Assembly: GCA_032718475.1 (NCBI GenBank)
Contig: JAUCBJ010007997.1
Coordinates: 1 to 64,000, forward strand
Direction of reading: 5' to 3'
Length of the DNA stretch: 64,000 nucleotides
From: Nemertoderma westbladi
Lineage: Eukaryota; Animalia; Xenacoelomorpha
Positions 13,988 to 25,600 of this stretch are shown piece after piece; position 1 is the first letter of the stretch; every line of letters starts with the position of its first letter. The notes below the pieces were generated by a model. That model saw only the letters and a program-made list of their open reading frames with translations, was not told where the DNA came from and ran no database searches. Made by a program: the position numbers and the translations under genes.

Positions 13988-14556
13988 GCGACGAGCGATT
14001 GGAAGCTATTAAACACGCGCGGAAGTATCTCGCTACCATGGCGACGGAGGACTCTATGCTGGACCACCTGCAGACTGTAATGGGTATCCTCGCCTTCCCT
14101 AGAGACACCCACATATCCCCCTACAAACAGCTGTACAGCGACGCACGATGGGAGGCCCTTGTCCTCGAGTTCCAATCCAACATTCTCGCTCTGCATCAGC
14201 TAACCGACGACTCGGTGTTCTCGGTCACTCTACAGGCGGGGCTATCCTCGTTAAAGACCCCCCACTGCTACCGCGAGGGCTCCCGCAGACACCCCGAGTG
14301 CCCGGTCTGCAACCCCAGACTCAACGACCTGGCCGCTTCCCTCCCGTCCGCCCATTGCTCCCAGTCCCGGCTGGTCTGCCCGGTCTCCGGCCTCCCCATG
14401 AACGAACACAACGCCCCTATGATGCTGCCCAACGGGCGGGTCTACAGTTACGATTCCTTGCAGTCGCTCGCAGGTCGCGGTGGCGGCAAGTTTAAATGTC
14501 CCAAAACTGGGGAGGAATTCGTCTTAGAGCAGGCCGAGAAGGTGTTTGTTATGTGA
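13988..14556 (+). CDS. MAEA: MAEA coding exon 3 (CRA and degenerate RING, stop TGA)
   Basis: Acceptor CACAG|GC at 13987/13988; GDERLEAIKHARKY ... MGILAFPRDTHISPYK ... LQAGLSSLKTPHCY ... CPVC ... HCSQSRLVCPVSG ... PMMLPNGRVY ... CPKTGEEF ... AEKVFVM*. Spliced CDS 602+227+569 = 1398 nt, 465 aa. Confidence 0.95.
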
Positions 14557-16341
14557 TGTCACCCTCACCGCGTAGGTGTTTGTTATAGTTTATTACGTCA
14601 CCGGCCGAGAAGGTGTTTGTTATGTGACGTCACTGGCCGCGTAGGTGTTTGTTATAGTTTGTTACGTCACCGGCCGAGATGGTGTTTGTTATTTGATGTG
14701 ACGTCACCTCCGAGATGGTGTTTGTTATGTGACGTCACTGGCCGAGAAGGTGTTTGTTTGTGACGTCACTGGCCGAGAAGGTGTTTGTTATGTGACGTTA
14801 CTGACCGCGTGTAGGTGTTTGTTATAGTTGTGTGACGTCACCGGCCGAGAAGGTGTTTGTTATGTGACGTCACTGGCCGCGTAGGTGTTTGTTATAGTTT
14901 GTTACGTCACCGGCCGAGATGGTGTTTGTTATTTGATGTGACGTCACCTCCGAGATGGTGTTTGTTATGTGACGTCACTGGCTGAGAAGGTGTTTGTTAT
15001 GTGATGTTACTGGCCGCGTGTAGGTGTTTGTTATGTGACGTCACTGGCTGAGAAGGTGTTTGTTATGTGATGTTACTGGCCGCGTGTTGGTGTTTGTTAT
15101 GTGACGTCACTGGCTGAGAAGGTGTTTGTTATAGTTGTGTGACGTCACCGGCCGAGAAGGTGTTTGTTATTTGATGTGACGTCACCTCCGAGATGGTGTT
15201 TGTTATGTGACGTCACTGGCTGAGAAGGTGTTTGTTATGTGATGTTACTGACCGCGTAGGTGTTTGTTATAGTTGTGTGACGTCACCTGCCGAGAAGGTG
15301 TTTGTTATTTGATGTGACGTCACCTCCGAGATGGTGTTTGTTATGTGACGTCACTGGCTGAGAAGGTGTTTGTTATGTGATGTTACTGGCCGCGTAGGTG
15401 TTTGTTATAGTTGTGTGACGTCACCGGCCGAGAAGGTGTTTGTTATTTGATGTGACGTCACCTCCGAGATGGTGTTTGTTATGTGACGTCACTGGCTGAG
15501 AAGGTGTTTGTTATGTGACGTCACTGGCCGCGTAGGTGTTTGTTATAGTTGTATGACGTCACCGGCCGAGAAGGTGTTTGTTATGTGACGTCACTGGCCG
15601 CGTAGGTGTTTGTTATAATTGTGTGACGTCACTGGCCGCGTAGGTGTTTGTTATAGTTGTGTGACGTCACCGGCCGAGAAGGTGTTTGTTATGTGACGTC
15701 ACTGGCCGCGTAGGTGTTTGTTATAGTTGTGTGACGTCACCGGCCGAGAAGGTGTTTGTTATGTGACGTCACTGGCCGCGTAGGTGTTTGTTATAGTTGT
15801 GTGACGTCACCGGCCGAGAAGGTGTTTGTTATGTGACGTCACTGGCCGCGTAGGTGTTTGTTATAATTGTGTGACGTCACTGGCCGCGTAGGTGTTTGTT
15901 ATAGTTGTGTCTCGTCACTGGCCGAGAAGGTGTTTGTTATGTGACGTCACTGGCCGCGTAGGTGTTTGTTATAATTGTGTGACGTCACTGGCCGCGTAGG
16001 TGTTTGTTATAGTTGTGTGACGTCACCGGCCGAGAAGGTGTTTGTTATGTGACGTGACTGGCCGCGTAGGTGTTTGTTATAGTTGTGTGACGTCACCGGC
16101 CGAGATGGTGTTTGTTATGTGACGTCACTGGCCGAGAAGGTGTTTGTTATTTGATGTGACGTCACCGGCTGAGATGGTGTTTGTTATGTGATGTCACTGG
16201 CCGCGTGTAGGTGTTTGTTATAGTTGTGTGACGTCACCGGCCGAGAAGGTGTTTGTTATGTGACGTCACTGGCCGAGAAGGTGTTTGTTATTTGATGTGA
16301 CGTCACCGGCTGATATGGTGTTTGTTATGTGACGTCACTGG
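14533..16341. repeat. ~32-40-bp minisatellite derived from the MAEA C-terminal codons and stop
   Basis: Unit GGCCGAGAAGGTGTTTGTTATGTGACGTCACT nearly equals the CDS end GGCCGAGAAGGTGTTTGTTATGTGA (A-E-K-V-F-V-M-stop) plus TGTCACC. Confidence 0.93.
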
Positions 16342-16343
16342 CA

Positions 16344-18712
16344 TACATAGACAATACAAGTCACAAGATTAGAGACCAACATACAACAATATATACTGTA
16401 CATAGACAATACAAGTCACAAGATTAGAGACCAACATACAACAATATATACATAGACAATACAAGTCACACGATTAGAGACCAACATACAACAATATATA
16501 CTGTACATAGACAATACAAGTCGCACGATTAGAGACCAACATACAACAATATATACTGTACATAGACAATACAAGTCACACGATTAGAGACCAACATACA
16601 ACAATATATACTGTACATAGACAATACAAGTCACACAATTAGAGACCAACATACAACAATATATACATAGACAATACAAGTCACAAGATTAGAGACCAAC
16701 ATACAACAATATATACTGTACATAGACAATACAAGTCACACGATTAGAGACCAACATACAACAATATATACTGTACATAGACAATACAAGTCACAAGATT
16801 AGAGACCAACATACAACAATATATACTGTACATAGACAATACAAGTCACAAGATTAGAGACCAACATACAACAATATATACTGTACATAGACAATACAAG
16901 TCACACGATTAGAGACCAACATACAACAATATATACTGTACATAGACAATACAAGTCACAAGATTAGAGACCAACATACAACAATATATACTGTACATAG
17001 ACAATACAAGTCACACAATTAGAGACCAACATACAACAATATATACATAGACAATACAAGTCACAAGATTAGAGACCAACATACAACAATATATACTGTA
17101 CATAGACAATACAAGTCACAAGATTAGAGACCAACATACAACAATATATACTGTACATAGACAATACAAGTCACACGATTAGAGACCAACATACAACAAT
17201 ATATACTGTACATAGACAATACAAGTCACACAATTAGAGACCAACATACAACAATATATACTGTACATAGACAATACAAGTCACACGATTAGAGACCAAC
17301 ATACAACAATATATACTGTACATAGACAATACAAGTCACACAATTAGAGACCAACATACAACAATATATACTGTACATAGACAATACAAGTCACAAGATT
17401 AGAGACCAACATACAACAATATATACTGTACATAGACAATACAAGTCGCACGATTAGAGACCAACATACAACAATATATACTGTACATAGACAATACAAG
17501 TCACAAGATTAGAGACCAACATACAACAATATATACTGTACATAGACAATACAAGTCACACGATTAGAGACCAACATACAACAATATATACATAGACAAT
17601 ACAAGTCACACGATTAGAGACCAACATACAACAATATATACTGTACATAGACAATACAAGTCGCACGATTAGAGACCAACATACAACAATATATACTGTA
17701 CATAGACAATACAAGTCGCACGATTAGAGACCAACATACAACAATATATACATAGACAATACAAGTCACAAGATTAGAGACCAACATACAACAATATATA
17801 CTGTACATAGACAATACAAGTCACAAGATTAGAGACCAACATACAACAATATATACATAGACAATACAAGTCACACAATTAGAGACCAACATACAACAAT
17901 ATATACTGTACATAGACAATACAAGTCGCACGATTAGAGACCAACATACAACAATATATACATAGACAATACAAGTCACACAATTAGAGACCAACATACA
18001 ACAATATATACATAGACAATACAAGTCGCACGATTATATACCAACATACAACAATATATACATAGACAATACAAGTCACACAATTAGAGACCAACATACA
18101 ACAATATATACTGTACATAGACAATACAAGTCACAAGATTAGAGACCAACATACAACAATATATACTGTACATAGACAATACAAGTCACACGATTAGATA
18201 CCAACATACAACAATATATACATAGACAATACAAGTCGCACGATTAGATACCAACATACAACAATATATACATAGACAATACAAGTCACAAGATTAGAGA
18301 CCAACATACAACAATATATACTGTACATAGACAATACAAGTCACAAGATTAGAGACCAACATACAACAATATATACATAGACAATACAAGTCGCACAATT
18401 AGAGACCAACATACAACAATATATACTGTACATAGACAATACAAGTCACACGATTAGATACCAACATACAACAATATATACATAGACAATACAAGTCGCA
18501 AGATTAGAGACCAACATACAACAATATATACATAGACAATACAAGTCGCAAGATTAGAGACCAACATACAACAATATATACATAGACAATACAAGTCACA
18601 CGATTAGAGACCAACATACAACAATATATACATAGACAATACAAGTCGCACGATTAGAGACCAACATACAACAATATATACTGTACATAGACAATACAAG
18701 TCACACGATTAG
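16344..18712. repeat. 50/55-bp satellite, left block
   Basis: CATAGACAATACAAGTCACACGATTAGAGACCAACATACAACAATATATA with or without CTGTA, in tandem. Confidence 0.97.
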
Positions 18713-19250
18713 TGTTAGCTTATTCAATCCCGCCAACACCCCATAAAGTTATTAGCCGATAAGCAATATTGGGAGCCACGAGATTGGGTAATTAACCAAC
18801 TCGCGCCATCCCAATAAGAATGGGAAGGAAGCACACAATAGAGGGTCAGGGGCCAAACCCCTAACCCAAGGAGAACAGGTGGAGTGAACGGGAATACTCC
18901 ACGGGGCGCCAACAAGGGTATTAACCAATCAGAGGGGGGAATGGCATCGATTGAGTAGCAGTAAGGCCACCGTGCAATATAACCCAATAACCTATTAATC
19001 AGTGATTCAGTTATCTCAGTGTAGCAGTGCTAGCGTAGGGTACAGCCAATTAGTTTAGTTAGGGGATCACGGGACTTTAGTTACCAGATCCCGCCTTGTA
19101 CACATTCACAACATATCTATATCTTATAACCTCCTATTATACACCGAACTTCAGAACTCAATTATCTTTACTTCACCCTTACACACGGCGGGGACGCGTG
19201 GACTAAATACCACACCGGATAAATCGGGATCCCTCCTGGATCCCGTCACA
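18713..19250 (+). repeat. 5' LTR (538 bp)
   Basis: TGTTAGC...GTCACA; I see only 3 mismatches to 32387..32924. Confidence 0.96.
18978..19012 (+). promoter_or_regulatory. Putative LTR core promoter (TATAA plus Inr TCAGTT)
   Basis: TATAA at 18978-18982; TCAGTT at 19007-19012 with its A 31 nt after the first T of TATAA; CCAAT upstream near 18925. TSS position is inferred. Confidence 0.45.
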
Positions 19251-19335
19251 GTAACTAAAACCGAGCTGCCGCCCTAGTTAAACTCTAAGAACTACCGGTA
19301 CAACCTAGCTAGCCGAATCATCAGCCACAAACGAG

Positions 19336-22300
19336 ATGAGTGAATCGGGCGAGACACCGACGCGGACCCCGGACGAAGACCTAACGATCCGCGAGGCCGC
19401 GACCAAGCGATACAGGCAAACGACGCCGGAGCCATCGATAACGGGCGAACCGGAAGTCCAGGACGAGGAGGGCCTGGAACCCGAAATCGAACCAAGAGAG
19501 AAAGAGAGCGAGATGGAGGGAGATGGAGACGAGTCGACACGAGAGGGAGAACGGCACGCCGATGTCGCCGGCCAGCTACCGGCCGAGGGCGACGGGCGGC
19601 CCACCGAAACGGCGACGGTGGGGCCGACGGTGCGACGCCGGACGCGAAGAGACGGAGGAGAGATCGGTACCGATGTCGCTGGCCAGCTACAGGCCGAGGG
19701 CGACGGACGGCCCACCGGAACGGCGACGGTGGAGCCGCCGGTACGACGTCGAACCCGGAGGGACGGAGGAGAGGTCGGTGACGAGGACGTCGGGGTTTCT
19801 GAGCGACTTCGACGGGCCTACAACGCGACCCGGAAGCTGATAAACGACGCCAAGAAGGAAGGGGCGAAGGTAGACGAGGCGAGACTGAGAAAGCGACTAG
19901 GTGAGTCGGATAAACACTTAAATTACCTAATACGTTTTGGGCAGATAGAACTGGCCGGGGAGAGAGCAGAAAGGATAGCCGGCGAACTGTTTGAACTATG
20001 GGAGTGTGGGAGTATGGGACCTAGCGTAGCGCCAGTGTACATAGGGCCATACTTGGTCGATGCCCGGGGAGTGAAACCGGTGGGTTGGAAGGAACCTGAA
20101 GAGGGCGAATCCGAGGTTAACACCGAGGATTCGGCCTCGTCGGTCGGAGAAAGCTCCGAAAAGGGGGAGAAAGTTAGTAGGTCGGGAAGGCGGGGGAAGT
20201 CCGTCGTAACCGATAAGTCTGCTACATCCTCCGTGAAAGAAAGAGCGGTGAGAAAAATAGGGGCCACATACCGTCTCAGCATGGCAGAGCAGGGTCAGAG
20301 AGAAATGAAGGAACGGCTAGAGGAGGGAAGAGTGCGGTTAGAGAGGGAAACGGTATTGCTTAGAGAAACCGGAGAAAGGGCCGAAAGGGCTTTGAAAAGC
20401 CTAAGGGAGTATGATGAGATAGAGGAAAGGGAGTGTAGGGAGCGTGAAGCGAGAGAGGAAAAGGAACGCGAGGAGCGTGAAGCGAGAGAGGAAAAGGAAC
20501 GCGAGGAGCGTGAGGCGAGAATGGAAAAGGAACGCAAGGAGCGTGAGGCGGAACGCAAGGAGCGTGAGGCGGGAATGGAAAAGGAACGCAAGGAGCGTGA
20601 GGCGGGAAAGGAAAAGGAACGCAAGGAGCGTGAGGCGAGAAAGGAAGAGGAACGTAAAGAGCGTGGGGCGAGACGAAGGGAGAGCATTAAGAGTGCCGCA
20701 GACTCGGCCATCAAGGACACCCAGGAGCGTGAGGGGATAGTGGCAAAGGGTGAAAAGGAGCGCAAGGAATTAAAGGAACGGCAGAGTGAGTATGCGAAAA
20801 ATATAATTAGAGGGACGCACGAGTTGGAATACGTGCGAGTGGGACCGCCGTCTGAAACTGGGGCCGGCTCGAGTATTTTTGAGGAGCCGAGGGCCGTAGA
20901 CGTATTTGTTAATACTCCACTGACAGGGACCGCACGACAGACTCAAGACTGGTGCGACCGTACGAGCGGGGGGGGGGTAATAATAATAATAATGGTACAG
21001 TAGACGTTGTCGATATTAATAGTACCGTATGGGATAACGCTAATCAAACCTTTATTACAGGAAATACTTTGCCTGGTGGTAGTAATTTAAATTTAAATCA
21101 GAACAATCCCAGTGTTAATGTAGAAAATAATCCTAATGTTGATGTAGTTACGCAAAATAATTCAAATAATCAAAATAATAACTCGAATTCGGACCTACAA
21201 AATAACTTAAATAACGCAATTACACAGAATAATTCGAATAATTCAAATAATGATCTTAGCCCGAATTTACAAAATAATTCAGATAACGTAGTCGCGCAGA
21301 ATAATACAAATGATTTTGTTTCAAATGAGCAAATTAATTCCGTTTCCAATATGGGTGCTATTAGTGTAGACACGTCGGGCCTACGTAACCAGGGAGCAGA
21401 GGGCCTGGTAGGCCACGTAGTTAGTAGACAGGGAGCAGAGGGCCTGGTAGGCCACGTAGTTAGTAGACAGGGAGAAGAGGGCCTGGAAGGCCACGCAATA
21501 GCAGAGAGAGAGGCGAGGGTGAACAGACCCGACCGTGGTAGGGTTGATGTGTCGACTAGAGAGGTATATAATAGCGGGGAGAGAGGTAGCGAAGTTAGAT
21601 GTAGCGAGTGGGGGGGGGGGCTACGAGCACCCCACAACAGAAAGTTAGCGGCGAGAGGGGGGGGGGGGCAGAGAGTGTCCCACAGCCGTCAGCGGACAAT
21701 GCGAGGGCCGAACAAGGTAAACCGCAACAACCGGCGACGGAGAGTAATAGGGGGACTGCGAGTATCCCCGGCGACGTGCGATCGAGCAGAGAAGGACAGG
21801 TTGACGTCGCGGGAGGGCAGACGGAGCGTCGAGCCCGATCAGAGGGGGAAGGAAGAACAGTGGGGTTTAACCGGGAGGTCGACGAGAGATCTCGTGAGCG
21901 GGAATATTCCACTGATAGGAGAAGAGAGGAAGAGAGTAGTAGAAGTATCGCCGCGAACGATAGAAGAGCGAGGACGGACAGCGAGCCGTCGGTAGTCGAG
22001 ATGAGAACGGAGAGTCAGTGGGGTCGGACTCCGGGAGATTGCCGTCGCCCCGGAGGGATGCGATCCGGTGAGACGCATTACACGCCGAGAGAGGGGTACG
22101 CGATGTACCGGTACGAAGATGAAAACAGTGGAGAGGGGGGTCGAAGAGAAACTTTCCGACGGAATATACCTACCGATCGAGAATACGGTAGCCGCGGGGA
22201 GGATTATTCGAGAAGAATAAACTTCGATCCCGAGCAACACATGCAGACTGTAGGGCATACTGTAGGTCTTACTGCGCATACCGTAGGCCATACTGAGAGA

Positions 22301-22661
22301 GGCAATGTAGGCAATAGGATAGCGCGGACAACGGGATTAAACCCGGAAGTCGCGGAATACATACCGGCGGGTAGGCCAGAAGCTGATAGGCCTATACCGG
22401 TACCGGCACAGCAGTATGACTACAGCATGCAGGGACATAACATATACCCAGGGGAGGGGGGAATTATTGCGGATAGGTGTATGGGCCCCAACATATTAAC
22501 ATCAACCCCAGTACCAGACATACCGGTGGGGGGGGGGGGGACAGGGTGACATTCCCCCATCACAATATCAACAATATACCCCGACAGGAACAAGAACGAC
22601 GAGACCCCTAGATGAAAACAGGTCGTGTGATACAGACATATGGAGGGGGCCGCTACCCCCG
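19336..22661 (+). CDS. N-terminal extension of Gag-Pol (E/R-rich coiled coil, Asn-rich tract, R/G/E-rich region), frameshifted at poly-G runs
   Basis: ORFs 19336..21003, 20952..21995 and 21608..22549 overlap at G10 (20968-20977) and G11 (21610-21620). From G13 (22528-22540) the pol frame is open (GGQGDIPPSQY...LPPM) into 22662. Confidence 0.7.
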
Positions 22662-25600
22662 ATGACATATCCGAGTCAGAGAAGATCAAGAAATAGGACG
22701 GACGAACCGCACCAGACAAGGGAAACTATACAGCACCCGTCGAATCCATTAGAAGCGCAGGCAATGGGGATGGCCACGTTGATCGATGCGTTGAAAACGA
22801 GGATCGAATTACCACCCGTGGAACCGTTCAAATTCGATGGGAGCAGGCCGGAAGAATACTTACAGTTTCGGCGAATGTATAGTAACGAAATACTAACAAA
22901 AAACTTGACGCAGGCGGAGTGCCTAAAGTATCTACAAGTGTACACGGGAGGCCCAGCATACGATATCGTGAGGCAATACCAAGGAATAGAGGGCGGCTTC
23001 ACGACAGCATGGCGGGCACTGGATAGGGAATACGGGCACCCGGCCAAGATCATCAGGCAAACACTGAGAGGCATAACATCGGGTGGCCTACAGGATAATC
23101 CCGTTAGCATTAAGACGTTTGCTAACAAAGTCGAGAAGGCGCTGATCGTGCTGAAGACGTTAGACGCGCCATACGAACTCAACGCGTCCAATAACATCAC
23201 CACGATAGCGCAGGCACTACCGAGCTGGCTGCGCAACAAATGGAGGAAGGTCGCTTTCTCCACCCAAGACAAGAAGGGTGCGGAACCAGGTTTAGAAGAA
23301 ATGTCAAACTTCTTAAATTACGAGGCTGAACTAATAACGGACCCAGTCTATAGTGAAGATAGCCTGGGAAAGGGACCAAAGACAGATCATTACAGGCCCA
23401 AACCAGAGCACAATACATCAAACGCATTGCCGAGACTCAGACAATCATTGCCATACGCAGCGACGCAGGGGACTGCAAGTCCACAGACAAACGAAGATAA
23501 GACAACATCAAGGGACGGACAGGGGAACAATAACAACATGAATAAACATAACCCCAGTACGTCCAGTAGGTCAAACCCAGTCAATAAGAATAGTAGGGAC
23601 TTTGGTACGAATATAACTGCGATACGCAACGCATTGTATAAAGAGGGCTATGACCCAAAGAGCAAATGCCAGTTACACGCAAATGCGCTTCATAAAACCA
23701 TGAACTGCAGGTACTGGCAGGCGCTACCGAGGCAAGACCAGATAGATTACGCGTCGAGCAATAAAATCTGCTCGCGATGTGTGAAGAGTGGACACAAGGC
23801 CAGGGAATGCCAAGAGAAACCGGTCAAGTTTGGCCAAAGGAGAGGCCAGACGATGGCAACGAGCACAGTAGGGGCGAAGAAGAGAGGAACAGTGCTACTT
23901 GGAGTAGTACCAGTACGAGTGATCGGGGAAGGCAATCGATCAGTAACAACACTAATGCTGGTTGATAGTGGAGCTGCCTTCACATTAGTTGAGGAATGGG
24001 TAGCCGAAGAAATAGGGTTGAGAACGAGGCCAAGCAGGATGGCGGTGACAACCATCTCTAGCAAAGACGAGATCCTAGAGATGAGGACAGGACGGTGCGC
24101 AATTGCAGCAGTGGCACCAGGATGCGATTATGGGGCAACCATCGACCCCATCCAAGTAATAGAGTCAATTAACATCAATGCCAGGCGGCCAACCAACATC
24201 GAGGTCGAGCAATACAAATTCCTGGATAACATTGACTTCTCAATCCCAAACGTGGACGTTAGGAAGGTATCCATCATAGTAGGCATGGACTGCCCAACGG
24301 CCCACGAGAGAATGCAGACGGTCTTCGGCGAAGACAAGCAGAGCGACCCGGTGGCCATATTAACGCCATTCGGGTGGACGCTGAGTGGTCCAATTAAGAG
24401 CAAGATACCATTCAGGATGTCGGAGACATCAGGATGCATGTTCGCGGGAACAATGCAGGAAATGGGTGACGAGGGAGCAGAGGAGCAGCTTAAAAGACTG
24501 CTCAGACAGGACTTCGAGGGACTGAAAGAGACCGGGGTCGGGACCTCGGTAGAAGACAAGCAGGCTCTACAAAGTGTGGAGGAATCGATGACGTGTGATG
24601 AGGGGCGGTATACAATAGGAATGGTGTGGAAACTACCGAAGATACCGCTACCCGATAATAGAGGGATGGTACTCACGAGACTCCGCAAGCTGAAACAAAC
24701 ACTACAACGGAGCCCCGAGAAGAACGAGTACATTCACAAAACCATTAAGAAGTACGTCGAGAAAGGATGGGCCGTGGAGTTACCGGTCGACGAACCGAAC
24801 ACGGACAGGACATACTACCTGCCACTCCACGTAGCTTTAGACCCAAAGAAAGGTAAACTTAGGATGGTAGTCGATGCATCGGCAAAGACCGACGGAAAGT
24901 GCTTAAACGATTACCTACTAGAGGGCCCAAACATATACAATTCGGGCATAGAAGTACTACTCAGATTTAGGAATGGGAAACACGCCTTCACGTGTGACAT
25001 AGAAGGCATGTTCAACCAAGTCCGAGTAACAGAGGAAGATAGTGACAGTCAACGCTTCTTATGGTATAACGGCGAAGAAGAACCGCCGGTAATACCAGCG
25101 TATAAGATGGTAGTACAAAATATGGGGGCCAAGTCGTCCTCATTTACGACGACTATGGCAGTGAGAGATACGGTAAAGGGGAAGGAGGATAGATATAGCA
25201 GTAGGGCCGTCGATATGATCAGACGCGGTTTCTACGTAGACGACGGCATGGAGTCTGGAAATACGGTTGAGGAGATACTGGAAACAGGGCGCGAGGTTCG
25301 CGACATCCTGAAAGGATCCGGCTTCAACCTGACCAAATTCCAATCCAGTTCAGAAGAATTTATCAGGGAAATAGAAGACAAGAAACCAGAATCGACCATG
25401 GACAACCCTACAACAGCCAAAGGACAGGACATGGCGATTAAGAGAACGGAATCCCAGCAGAAGGCGTTGGGAATCGTGTGGGATAGAAAAACAGACGAAC
25501 TGAAGTATCAGCTGAGCCAGGAGGGCGCAGACACCCATACGAAGAGGGGTTACGTATCGTATATAGCAAGGATATACGATCCCCTAGGCCTAGCATCCCC

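Noticed and set aside
18724-18987. Antisense 87-aa ORF present in both LTRs
   Set aside because: Repeated only because the LTRs are duplicates; no recognisable motif.
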